DNA of 64,000 nucleotides. Origin: an uncultured Chloroflexia bacterium (GTDB lineage Bacteria; Chloroflexota; Limnocylindria; Limnocylindrales; CSP1-4). A program made the translations under genes and the position numbers. Each line of letters begins with the position of its first letter. Within the stretch, counting starts at the first letter, position 1. Positions 53,992 through 63,691 of the stretch are shown piece by piece. Under the pieces are notes generated by a model that was given only the letters and a program-made list of their open reading frames with translations, ran no database searches and had not been told where the DNA came from. Location: positions 2,071,544-2,135,543 of the forward strand of contig CAVUWY010000002.1 in the NCBI GenBank assembly GCA_963745405.1. Direction: 5' to 3'.

Positions 53992-55389
53992 TCAGGACAG
54001 GCGGGCGAACTCCGCCGGGCCGCGCTTGATGAACCGGCCCGCGCCCGTGCGGCCGGTGAACTCGCCGTTCCGGACGACGACCGAGCCGCGCGACAGGACC
54101 ACGTCCGACGCGCCCTGCACGACGCGGCCCTCGTAGCACGAGTAGTCGACGTCCATGTGGTGCGTCCTGGCACTGATCGTGTGGCGGCGGACCGGGTCGT
54201 AGACGACGAGGTCGGCATCGGCGCCGACGGAGACCGAGCCCTTGCGGGGGTACATCCCGAACATCCGGGCCGGGGCCGTCGAGCAGATCTCGACCCAGCG
54301 CTCGCGGCTGATCCGGCCGCCGACGACGCCACCGTCGTGCATGAGGTCGAGCCGGTCCTCGACGCCGGGCAGGCCGTTCGGGATCTTGCGGAAGTCGCCC
54401 CGACCGAGCTCCTTCTGGCCGTGGAAGTCGAACGGGCAGTGGTCGGTCGAGACCAGCTGGAGGTCGTCCTTGCGGAGGCCGGCCCACAGCTCGGGCTGGT
54501 GGTCCTTCGTCCGCATCGGCGGTGAACAGACGAACTTCGCACCCTCGAAGCCGTTGCCGAGGTCGTCGAGCGAGAGGAACAGGTACTGCGGGCACGTCTC
54601 GGCGAAGGCCTGGGCGCCGCGATTCCGGGCCGCCCGGACGGCGTCGAGGGCGTCCCGCGCCGAGAGGTGGACGATGTAGACGGGGACGCCGGCCGCCTCG
54701 GCCAGGCGGATGACCCGGTTCGTCGCCTCGCCCTCGAAGATCGGGTAGCGGGCGACCCCGTGGTAGTAGGGGTCGGTGTGGCCGGCAGCGACCTCGTCGG
54801 CGGCCACGACATCGATCGCCATCCCGTTCTCGGCGTGCATCATGATCAGGCCGCCGTTCTCGCGGGTCCGCTGCATCGCCCGGAAGATCGCCCCGTCGTC
54901 GCTGTAGAAGACGCCCGGGTAGGCGGTGAAGAGCTTGAAGTCCGGCACGCCCTCGGCGACGAGCTGGTCCATCTCGGCCAGCGTCCCGTCATTGACGTCG
55001 CTCATGATCATGTGGAAGCCGTAGTCGACGACGGCGTTGCCCTCCGCCTTGGCGTGCCAGGCGTCGAGGCCGGCCCGGAGGGAGGCTCCCCGCGACTGGA
55101 CGGCGAAGTCGACGATGCTCGTCGTCCCCCCGAAGGCGGCCGCCCGGGTCCCCGTCTCGAAGGTGTCCTTGGCGAACGTGCCGCCGAACGGCAGCTCCAT
55201 GTGGGTGTGGACGTCGATGGCGCCGGGGATCACGTAGCGATCCGTCGCATCGATCGTCTCGTCGGCGGTCACGCCGCCGGCCGCCAGGTCGCGGCCGATG
55301 GCGGCGATCGTCTCGCCGTCGATGAGGACGTCGGCGGCCTGTGAGCCGTCCGCGGTCACGATCGTGCCGTTGGCGATGAGGGTGCGCAT
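53992..55389 (-). CDS. hydA: dihydropyrimidinase / D-hydantoinase
   Basis: Metal-binding motifs (IDVHTHMELPF and the carboxylated lysine region KLFTAY). 465 aa. Confidence 0.85.
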   Translation of the reverse strand: MRTLIANGTIVTADGSQAADVLIDGETIAAIGRDLAAGGVTADETIDATDRYVIPGAIDVHTHMELPFGGTFAKDTFETGTRAAAFGGTTSIVDFAVQSRGASLRAGLDAWHAKAEGNAVVDYGFHMIMSDVNDGTLAEMDQLVAEGVPDFKLFTAYPGVFYSDDGAIFRAMQRTRENGGLIMMHAENGMAIDVVAADEVAAGHTDPYYHGVARYPIFEGEATNRVIRLAEAAGVPVYIVHLSARDALDAVRAARNRGAQAFAETCPQYLFLSLDDLGNGFEGAKFVCSPPMRTKDHQPELWAGLRKDDLQLVSTDHCPFDFHGQKELGRGDFRKIPNGLPGVEDRLDLMHDGGVVGGRISRERWVEICSTAPARMFGMYPRKGSVSVGADADLVVYDPVRRHTISARTHHMDVDYSCYEGRVVQGASDVVLSRGSVVVRNGEFTGRTGAGRFIKRGPAEFARLS

Positions 55390-55624
55390 CGTCTCCTCCG
55401 CGGATGCACGGGACCGGGGCCCGGGCGACCCGGGGCCCGGGCGACCCGGGGCCGAGTCGACCGGGGGCCGCGTCTCGACCGGCGGGCCGCGTCTCGACCG
55501 GCGGGCCGGTCGTGGGTGTGATGCCCATGAGGATACGACGCGAGACGGCTCTGGATCGGCTTGTGCTACCGTCCGGGCGTCGCGCCGCCGGGCGCGCCAT
55601 CACTTCGATCCGGAGTCGCTCTCC

Positions 55625-56962
55625 ATGCCGAATCTCGCCGTCTCGATCAACGCCGACGGTGCGCAACTCGTCCCGGGTGGCGCGGCGACGATCACGGTCG
55701 AGGTGCGCAATCTCGGCTCGGTCGTCGACCGCTACCGCTGCGAGATCGTCGGGATGGACCCCGCCTGGGTCACGGTCAGCCCGGCCTCGATCGAGCTCTT
55801 CCCGCCGCGCGACAGCGGCGAACCCTCGCGGGGAGAACCCACCCGGACGGATCCACCGTCGGTCGGGCGGTTCACCGTCTCCATCCACCCGCCGCGCAGC
55901 TCGGCCGCCACGGCCGGTCCGTGGACGTTCGGGGCCAAGGTCCAGAGCGAGCACGATCCGGGCAACCGCCTCGTCGAGGAGGGGACGGTCGTCTTCCTGC
56001 CGTTCGGCGCGCTCGAGGCGGACCTCCGGCCGGCGATCGCCGCCGGCCGGTTCGGGGCGAAGACGACGCTGGCCCTGGCGAATCGCGGAAATCGGCCCGA
56101 GACGGTCGAGGTCAGCGCCTCGGACCGGGCCGACAAGATCTCCTTCGACATCCGGCCGACGACCCTGTCGCTCGCCGCCGGCGAAGCGGCCACCGTGCCG
56201 ATCCGCCTCTCCGCCGGGGGAGCGAAGCTCGTCGGCGGGACCGACACCCGGCCGTTCAACGTGCTCGTCCGGGCCGGCAGCGTGGACACGCCGCCGGTCG
56301 CCCTGACCGGCACGCTCGAGAAGCGAGCGATCATCCCCTCCGGGATCCCGGTGGCGATCGCGACCCTCGTCGCCCTCGGCCTCGGGGCGTTCGCCGTCTA
56401 CGCCGCGTTCATCCGGCCCGGCCCGACGCCGACGCCGCCGCCATCGATCGCCATCGCCGCGACGCCCTCACCGACGCCGCCGCCGAGCAAACCGCCGACC
56501 GCCGCGCCGTCAGCGGCGCCGGCGCCGTCGCCATCGCCGACGCCCACGCCGACGCCGACCCCGCTCTGCCCGCCGTCCCCGATCGACGTCGACTACACGG
56601 CGCTCGGTGGCGCCGGCTCGTTCCTCGGCGCGCCGCTCGGCTGTGACACCGCGATCGCCGACGGCGGCAAGTTCCGCGATTTCGCCAACGGGACTATCTA
56701 TCTCGCGCCGGGCGCGACGGCGGCCTTCGCCCTGCAGAAGGACCTGGCCACCTACTGGAAGAGCCTCGGCGCCGGGACGAGCTCGATCGGCTACCCAGTC
56801 GGCGACTCGCTCGCCGATGCGAACGGCGACGGCGGCTGGTCGGCGAACTTCTCGGGCGGCAAGGCCTGGTGGACGCCTGCCACCGGCGGGGGGAGCTGCG
56901 CGAACACACTCTGCTTCATCATCGTCCACCCGAGCCTGAAGATCTTCCTGCCGAACCCGTAG
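55625..56962 (+). CDS. membrane protein with two N-terminal Ig-like domains, a TM helix, a Pro/Thr linker and C-terminal LGFP repeats
   Basis: TM helix IPVAIATLVALGLGAFAVYAAFI. LGFP-like repeats (ALGGAGSFLGAPLGCD...GKFRDFANGTIYLAP / LGAGTSSIGYPVGDS...GGKAWWTPATGG). Confidence 0.6.
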   Translation: MPNLAVSINADGAQLVPGGAATITVEVRNLGSVVDRYRCEIVGMDPAWVTVSPASIELFPPRDSGEPSRGEPTRTDPPSVGRFTVSIHPPRSSAATAGPWTFGAKVQSEHDPGNRLVEEGTVVFLPFGALEADLRPAIAAGRFGAKTTLALANRGNRPETVEVSASDRADKISFDIRPTTLSLAAGEAATVPIRLSAGGAKLVGGTDTRPFNVLVRAGSVDTPPVALTGTLEKRAIIPSGIPVAIATLVALGLGAFAVYAAFIRPGPTPTPPPSIAIAATPSPTPPPSKPPTAAPSAAPAPSPSPTPTPTPTPLCPPSPIDVDYTALGGAGSFLGAPLGCDTAIADGGKFRDFANGTIYLAPGATAAFALQKDLATYWKSLGAGTSSIGYPVGDSLADANGDGGWSANFSGGKAWWTPATGGGSCANTLCFIIVHPSLKIFLPNP

Positions 56963-57027
56963 CCGTCGGCTTGGCCGGGGCGGATCCGGCGAGCCCGCGC
57001 TGAGTCCGGCCGCGGTGATACCACGTC

Positions 57028-58038
57028 TCAGTGCGTGGCCGCCGCCACCCCGCGCATGACCGGCACGATCTCCCGGCCGTAGATGGCGAGGATGTCCTCC
57101 TCGTCGCCGTTCATCAGGTAGATGTTGAACTGATCGACGCCGGCCGCGGCGAGCTCGTGGAGCTTGGCGAGGTGCTCGTCGACCGAGCCGAGGACGCAGA
57201 ACCGGTCTGTCACCTCGTCGCCGACGAAGCCGGCGTTCGACGACCCGACCTCGGCGTGGTGGTGGTAGTCGTAGCCGGTCCGTTCGCGGATATAGCCGGT
57301 GAGCGCTTCGGGCAGCTCCTCGGGAGGGTACTTGTTGACGAGGTCGACGACGTGGTTGCTGACGAGGGCCGGGAACCAGCGCGTCCGTTCGCGGCACAGC
57401 TCGCGGTCGCCGAGGTGGGCCGGCGCGGCGGCCTGGACCCGGACCGTGCCGCGCGGTCGGCCGGCGGCGACCTCCGCCTCGCGCACGGTCGCGACGAACC
57501 AGCCGATCAGGTCGGGGTCGGCCATCTGGAGGATCACCCCGTCGGCGACCCGGCCGGTCATCGCCAGGGCCATCGGGCCGTAGCCGGCTACCCAGACCGG
57601 CAGCTTCCAGCGGCCCGCCCAGGTGAGCTGCAGGGTCGTCCCCTCGAACTCGACCGGCCGGCCCTCGACGAGGTCGCGGATGACGACGATCGCCTCCTCG
57701 AGGGTGGCCATCGTCGTCGGCGGCTTGCCGAGCACGCGGCGGGCGGAATCGCCGCGCCCGATGCCGAGGTCCATCCGACCGCCGGAGATCTCGTCGAGCA
57801 CCGCCAGCGACGAGGCCGTCACCGACGGCTCGCGGGTCGCCGGGTTCGTCACGCAGGTCCCGAGCCGCAGCCGTTCGGTCGCCCCGGCGATGAGGGTCAG
57901 GAGCGGGTACGGGTCACGCCACAGGACGTGCGAGTCGAACAGCCAGCCGTAGTCGAAGCCGGCGGCCTCGGCCCGCCGTGCCAGGTCGAGGGTTCGCTCG
58001 ATCGAGTGGTCGGGCTTGAGGGTGAAGCCGAACTGCAT
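57028..58038 (-). CDS. LLM-class F420-dependent oxidoreductase
   Basis: 336 aa with a luciferase-like TIM barrel (MDLGIGRGDS, VWVAGYGPMALAMTGRVADGVIL). Confidence 0.75.
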   Translation of the reverse strand: MQFGFTLKPDHSIERTLDLARRAEAAGFDYGWLFDSHVLWRDPYPLLTLIAGATERLRLGTCVTNPATREPSVTASSLAVLDEISGGRMDLGIGRGDSARRVLGKPPTTMATLEEAIVVIRDLVEGRPVEFEGTTLQLTWAGRWKLPVWVAGYGPMALAMTGRVADGVILQMADPDLIGWFVATVREAEVAAGRPRGTVRVQAAAPAHLGDRELCRERTRWFPALVSNHVVDLVNKYPPEELPEALTGYIRERTGYDYHHHAEVGSSNAGFVGDEVTDRFCVLGSVDEHLAKLHELAAAGVDQFNIYLMNGDEEDILAIYGREIVPVMRGVAAATH

Positions 58039-58040
58039 GG

Positions 58041-58372
58041 GCGACCGGGGCTACTCGCGGCCGTCGTCGGTCTGGTTGTCGAGGCCCGGGTCCGGACTGT
58101 AGAAGGAGGGTGGCTCGTCGTCGTCGGCCGGCGCGTCGTGGTGCCGCAGATGGGTCAGCCGGTCGACGCCTTCCTCGACCGTCTCCTTGATCGATTCGAC
58201 CATCGTCACCGTCTCGCCGCCGGTGAACGGCGCGATCGACGGCGCCGAGGGCGATCTCGGCCGCCGATTCGGCGACCTGGCCGGCCGTTCGTGCGGCCGC
58301 GTCGTCGTCAGCGTCCGATGTCTCGGCCGCCACCGTCGGTGGGGTCGGCTCCGGGCTGGGATCGTCGGGCAT
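58041..58372 (-). CDS. hypothetical small acidic protein (about 108 aa), with a frameshift near 58225
   Basis: MPDDPSPEPTPPTVAAETSDADDDAAARTAGQVAESAAEIALGAVDRA, then in another frame FTGGETVTMVESIKETVEEGVDRLTHLRHHDAPADDDEPPSFYSPDPGLDNQTDDGRE, ending 3 nt before the LLM gene start. Confidence 0.35.
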
Positions 58373-58416
58373 GAGGTCTCCTCGGTCGGATTCGGTGGGG
58401 CCGGGTCGGGCCGGGT

Positions 58417-59265
58417 CTATGGCGCGACGAGATCCTCGTACATGTCGGGCCGCCGGTCGCGGTAGAACTGCCACGTCTGGCGGACTTCGGTGATCTTGTC
58501 GAGATCCATGTCGCGGACGAGCAGCTCCTCATCGTGGGCGTCGCCGACCGCGCCGATGAACTGGCCGCGCGGATCGCAGAAGTAGCTCTGGCCGTAGAAG
58601 TCGTCGTCGCCGAGCGGCTCGATGCCGACCCGGTTGATCGTGCCGACGAAGTAGCCGTTGGCGACCGCGTGGCTGACCTGCTCGATCCGCCACAGGTATT
58701 CCGACAGGCCGCGCGAGGTCGCGCTGGGGATGAACACCATCTCGGCGCCGTTGAGGCCGAGCGCCCGGGCTCCCTCGGGGAAGTGGCGGTCGTAGCAGAT
58801 GTAGACGCCGACCTTGCCGACCGCGGTCTCGAAGACCGGGTAACCGAGGTTCCCCGGCCGGAAGTAGTACTTCTCCCAGAAGCCCTTGACGTGGGGGATG
58901 TGGGTCTTGCGGTACTTGCCGAGGTACTCGCCGTCGGCGTCGATCACGGCGGCGGTGTTGTAGTAGATGCCGCTCGCCGTCTCGTCCTCCTCGTACATCG
59001 GCACGACGAGGACCATCCCGGTCTCCTTGGCCAGCGACTGCATGCGGGCCGTCGTCGGGCCGTCCGGGATGAGCTCGGTGAACGAGTAGTACTCGGGTTC
59101 CTGGACCTGGCAGAAATACGGTCCGTAGAAGAGCTCCTGGAAGCACATCACCTGGGCGCCCTGCTTCGAGGCGTCGTGGGCGGCCTGTTCGTGCTTCTGG
59201 ATCATCGACTCCTTGTCGCCGGTCCAGGTCGCCTGGAGCAGCGCACCGCGCACGTTCCGGGGCAT
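58417..59265 (-). CDS. carbon-nitrogen hydrolase family (beta-ureidopropionase / N-carbamoyl-amino-acid amidohydrolase / N-carbamoylputrescine amidase-like)
   Basis: AGGAGGG ribosome-binding site upstream. Catalytic triad context (FQELF...E, KTHIP...K, VYICYDRHFPE...C). Confidence 0.8.
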   Translation of the reverse strand: MPRNVRGALLQATWTGDKESMIQKHEQAAHDASKQGAQVMCFQELFYGPYFCQVQEPEYYSFTELIPDGPTTARMQSLAKETGMVLVVPMYEEDETASGIYYNTAAVIDADGEYLGKYRKTHIPHVKGFWEKYYFRPGNLGYPVFETAVGKVGVYICYDRHFPEGARALGLNGAEMVFIPSATSRGLSEYLWRIEQVSHAVANGYFVGTINRVGIEPLGDDDFYGQSYFCDPRGQFIGAVGDAHDEELLVRDMDLDKITEVRQTWQFYRDRRPDMYEDLVAP

Positions 59266-59478
59266 CTCGTCCCTCCTGGGATGCAGTGGCGAGGTCGATG
59301 GGGCGTGAGGAAGTGGCCGCATTCTACCGCCGCAGGAGGCGGCGCCGACCGCGCCGAGACCGCGTAGAGACCTGGCCGACGCTCCCGGGCGGGGGAAAGA
59401 TCCGCGCCATGGACGCGCGACGATGGCTCCTCCATCGGGAAGGCGGCTACGATGCCGGTCCGAGCGATGGAGGCACCG

Positions 59479-60940
59479 ATGAGCGACGGCGAGCTGCTGC
59501 GACGAACGGCCGACCTGGCCCAGGACTACCTCGACCGACTGGCCGATCGACCCGTCGGGCTCTCGACCGACCTGCCCGCCCTCAGGGCTGCCCTCGGCGG
59601 ACCGCTGCCGGAGCACGGCGAGGAGCCGTCGGTCGTCATCGAGCGCCTCGCCCGGGACGCCGAGCCGGGCCTCGTCGGCAGCGCCGGTCCGCGCTACTTC
59701 GGCTTCGTCATCGGCGGCAGCCTCACGGCCGCCCTCGCGGCCGACTGGCTGACGAGCGCCTGGGACCAGAACGCCGGGCTCTACGTGATCTCACCGGCCG
59801 CCGCGGTCGCCGAGGAGGTCGCCGGCCGACTGGCTGGTGGACCTGTTCGGCCTGCCGGCCGGGACGAGCGTCGGCTTCACGACCGGCGCGACGATGGCCT
59901 CGTTCACCGCCCTGGCGGCCGCCCGGACCGCGGTCCTCCGCGACGTCGGCTGGGACGCGGCGGGGGAGGGGCTCATCGGGGCCCCGCCGATCGACATCGT
60001 CGTCGGGGCCGAGGCCCACATCACGATCTTCGCCTCGCTGTCGATGCTCGGGCTCGGCCGCGACAGCCGGCGGCTCGTACGGGTGGCCGCGGACGAGCAG
60101 GGTCGGATGCGGCCCGACGCGCTCCGCGAGGCGCTGGCGGGCCTGTCGGGGCCGGCGATCGTCTGCGCCCAGGCCGGCAACGTGAACACCGGCGCGTTCG
60201 ATCCGCTGCCCGAGATCGTCGATGCGGTCCGCGCGCACGGCGGCTGGCTCCACGTCGACGGCGCTTTCGGGCTGTGGGCGCAGGCGTCACCGTCGCTCGC
60301 CCACCTGGCGGCGGGCCTGGCCGGGGCCGATTCGTGGACGACCGACGCCCACAAGTGGCTCAACGTGCCCTACGACTCGGGCCTCGTGTTCGTCCGCGAC
60401 GCCTCGGCCCACCATGCCGCGATGACCTTCAGCGCGGCCTACTACGTCGAGACCGAGGGCGGCGAGCGCGACGAGTACAACTGGGTGCCGGAGTCCTCCC
60501 GGCGAGCCCGTGGCTTCCCGATCTACGCCGCGCTACGCGCCCTGGGCCGTGACGGTCTAGCCGAGCTCATGGATCGCTGCTGCGCGAACGCCCGCCTGAT
60601 GGGCGAGCGGCTGGCCACGGCGGACGGCTCGATCGCAGGCCTGCGTATCGAGGTCCTCAACGAGGTCGTCCTGAACCAGGTCCTCGTCCGCTTCTATCCG
60701 ACCGGCGCGGCGTCAGGCCCCGGACCCGAGGCCGATGCGCTCACCCGTGACGTGATCGCCCGTGTCCAGGCCGACGGCACGTGCTGGCTCGGCGGCACGA
60801 CATGGCACGACATGGCCGCCATGCGGGTCTCGGTCAGCAACTGGCAGACGACGGCCGCGGATATCGACCTCTCGGCCGAGGCGATCCTCCGCTGCGCCGC
60901 CGATGCGGCCGGGGCGGGGGCCGTCTCCCTGGCTCGCTGA
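59479..60940 (+). CDS. group II PLP-dependent decarboxylase (aspartate/glutamate/tyrosine/2,4-diaminobutyrate decarboxylase-like), with a frameshift near 59840
   Basis: DAHKWLNVPYDSGLVFVRD is the PLP-lysine motif. The N-terminal and C-terminal halves lie in different frames (ORFs 59452.. and 59837..). Confidence 0.7.
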
Positions 60941-60960
60941 GCCGCTCCCGCCGGGCACGA

Positions 60961-62217
60961 TCACGCGGCGATCGCCGCCTCGTCGGAGGCCGTCCGGATG
61001 CGCGGCAGCGGGGAGAAGACCAGGAACAGGATCGAGAGGGCCATGCCCGCCCAGCCGAGGGCGATCCCGCCCCGGACGCCGATGACCCCGGCGACGCCGG
61101 CTGCGGCGAGTGCCCCGATCGGATAGGCGATCCCGTGCGAGAGCACGTCGAACGTGGCGTTGACCCGGCCGAGGATGCCATCGGGGCTGATCCCCTGGAT
61201 GAGTGACAGCTCGGCGACGCCCTCGATCGTCTGGAGCCCGTCGCCGAAGAGCTGGGGGATCAGCACCATGACGGTGGCGAGGAAGATCGGTCCCTGGGCG
61301 AGAGGCGTCAGGATCCCGAGCGCCGCGGCGCCGGCGGCGCTCCAGATGAGGGCCGGTCCGATCCCGAGCCGGCGGATGGCCGGCGCCGCGAAGAATGAGC
61401 CGACGAGCGAGCCGACCCCGCCGGCCGACACGACGATGCCGAGCAGCAACGGGTCGAGATGGAGGTCGTCGATGAGGTAGATCGTGTAGAGGACCCCGTA
61501 GAAGGCCCCGGCGACGTGGGCCACGACGGAGCGGGCGACGATCGGGAACAGCACCCGATGGCGGCGGACGAGCTGGAGCCCCTCGACGATCTCGCGCCTG
61601 ATCTGGGGCGCCGCCGTCCGGGTCGGGCGGGCCGGCTCCGGTGCCCGGATGAGGAGCAGCGAGATCGCCGAGACCACGAACGACACGGCGTCGACGAGGA
61701 TCGCGAACGGCGCGCTGACGAGCTGGACCAGCGCGCCGGCGAGACCCGGCCCGCCGATCTCGGCGATGGACGAGCTCGTGGCGAGCTTGCTGTTGCCCTC
61801 GACGACGCGATCGACCCCGATGAGGGACGGGACGTAGGCCGGGTACGCCGCGTCGAACAGGGTGCCGAGGCAACCCTCGACGAAGGTGACGATGTAGAGC
61901 TGCTCCATCCGCAGGACGCCGGTCGCGTAGGCGAGCGGGATCGAGAAGAGGAGCAGGGCCCGGACGGCGTCTGCGGCGATGAGCAGCGGTCGGCGCCGGA
62001 GCCGGTCCACCCAGGCGCCGGCGAAGAACCCGACCAGGAGGACGCCGAGGCTGCCGGCGACGACGATGAGGGCCATCTGGAGCGGCCCGGCGCCGAGGAC
62101 GAGGAGGGCGACGAGGGGCACGGCCGTGCGGGTCACGACGGAGCCCAGCTCGGACACGGTCTGACCCGTCCAGAGCTTCAGGAAATCGGAGTTTCGCCAC
62201 AGGGAGGGGGCTTCCAC
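60961..62217 (-). CDS. MFS transporter
   Basis: 12-TM pattern. LWRNSDFLKLWTGQTVSELGSVVT. GTG start near 62217. Confidence 0.7.
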   Translation of the reverse strand: MEAPSLWRNSDFLKLWTGQTVSELGSVVTRTAVPLVALLVLGAGPLQMALIVVAGSLGVLLVGFFAGAWVDRLRRRPLLIAADAVRALLLFSIPLAYATGVLRMEQLYIVTFVEGCLGTLFDAAYPAYVPSLIGVDRVVEGNSKLATSSSIAEIGGPGLAGALVQLVSAPFAILVDAVSFVVSAISLLLIRAPEPARPTRTAAPQIRREIVEGLQLVRRHRVLFPIVARSVVAHVAGAFYGVLYTIYLIDDLHLDPLLLGIVVSAGGVGSLVGSFFAAPAIRRLGIGPALIWSAAGAAALGILTPLAQGPIFLATVMVLIPQLFGDGLQTIEGVAELSLIQGISPDGILGRVNATFDVLSHGIAYPIGALAAAGVAGVIGVRGGIALGWAGMALSILFLVFSPLPRIRTASDEAAIAA

Positions 62218-62345
62218 AGCGGCGGAATGGTAGTCGCTGCCGGGTGGTCCACGGCGGCCGACGCGAGTCGCCCGACGCGAGGTCCCGACCCGCATCTGCG
62301 ACAATCCTGGGCACACACCGAGCCGTTTCGAACGGGAGCCCTCCC

Positions 62346-63680
62346 ATGGCCGTCGAGCACGCCAGTTCGTTGTCCAGCGCCGAGATCGTCGCCCTCACTC
62401 GCGCCCACACGTTCTTCTCGTGGTCCGTGCAGGGCGCCCTCGATCCGATCGCCATCGACCGCGCCGAGGGGATCTACCTCTACACGCCCGAAGGCAAGCG
62501 GATCATCGACTTCAACAGCCAGCTCATGTCGGTGAACATCGGCCACGGCGACCGCCGGGTGATCGACGCCATCGCGACCCAGGCGGCCCGGCTCCAGTAC
62601 GTCCAGCCGGCCTTCGTCACGGAGCCGCGGGCCCGACTCGGGGCCAAGCTCGCCGAGATCCTGCCGGGCGACCTCGACAAGGTCTTCTTCACTCTCGGCG
62701 GTGCCGAGGCGATCGAGAACGCCATCAAGTTCGCCCGCCACTTCACCGGTCGCCAGAAGATCCTCGCCCGCTACCGGGCCTACCACGGCGCGACGCTCGG
62801 GGCGATGACCCTGACCGGGGATCCGCGCCGCTGGGCCAACGAGCCCGGCATCGTCGGCGTCGTCCGCTATCCCGACACCCACCGCTGGGGCGAGGCGGAA
62901 CCACGGCCGGTGGCGGAGAGCCTCCAGGGCCTCGAGGACGTCATCCGCTACGAAGGCCCCCACACGATCGCCGCGGTCTTCCTCGAGACGATCGTCGGCA
63001 CCAACGGCATCCTCATCCCGCCCGACGGCTACATCGCCGGCGTCCGCGAGATCTGCGACCGCTACGACATCCTCATGGTCGCCGACGAGGTCATGGCCGG
63101 CTTCGGGCGGACCGGGCGCTGGTTCGCCGTCGACCACTGGGATACGGTGCCCGACCTCATGACGATGGCCAAGGGCCTCACCTCCAGCTACCTGCCGCTC
63201 GGCGCCGTGGCCATGCGCCACCACATCGCCGAGGCCTTCGAGACGAAGATGTTCTACGGCGGGCTCACCTACAGCAGCCACCCGGTCAGCCTCGCGGCCG
63301 CCCTCGCCACGATCTCGGTCTACGAAGAGGACGACCTCATCGGCAACGCCACCCGCCTGGGGCCGGTGATGCGGCGGCACCACGAGGCCCTGGCGAAGAA
63401 GCACCCGAGCGTCGGGGCTCATCGCAACCTCGGCCTGTTCGGCATCGTCGAGCTCGTCCGCAGCCACGACCCGTGGACGCCGATGACCCCGTTCAACGGC
63501 ACGAGCGACGAGATGAAGGGGGTCGGGGCGTACCTCCGCGAGCACGGCCTCTATGCGATGATCGCCAACAACGGGATCCACACGAATCCGCCGCTGTGCA
63601 TCACCGAGGGACAGCTCGACGAGGCCTTCGCGATCCTCGACGGCGCCCTCGACATCGCCGACCGGGCGGTCACGGCGTAG
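62346..63680 (+). CDS. class III aminotransferase (omega-amino acid / beta-alanine:pyruvate transaminase-like)
   Basis: PLP motif ILMVADEVMAGFGRTGRWFA. 444 aa. Confidence 0.85.
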   Translation: MAVEHASSLSSAEIVALTRAHTFFSWSVQGALDPIAIDRAEGIYLYTPEGKRIIDFNSQLMSVNIGHGDRRVIDAIATQAARLQYVQPAFVTEPRARLGAKLAEILPGDLDKVFFTLGGAEAIENAIKFARHFTGRQKILARYRAYHGATLGAMTLTGDPRRWANEPGIVGVVRYPDTHRWGEAEPRPVAESLQGLEDVIRYEGPHTIAAVFLETIVGTNGILIPPDGYIAGVREICDRYDILMVADEVMAGFGRTGRWFAVDHWDTVPDLMTMAKGLTSSYLPLGAVAMRHHIAEAFETKMFYGGLTYSSHPVSLAAALATISVYEEDDLIGNATRLGPVMRRHHEALAKKHPSVGAHRNLGLFGIVELVRSHDPWTPMTPFNGTSDEMKGVGAYLREHGLYAMIANNGIHTNPPLCITEGQLDEAFAILDGALDIADRAVTA

Positions 63681-63691
63681 CCGGAAGTCGC

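Noticed and set aside
57914-58474. 186-aa minus-strand ORF overlapping the LLM oxidoreductase by 124 nt
   Set aside because: The overlap part is the out-of-frame read-through of the small acidic gene, whose true stop is at 58041 after a frameshift.
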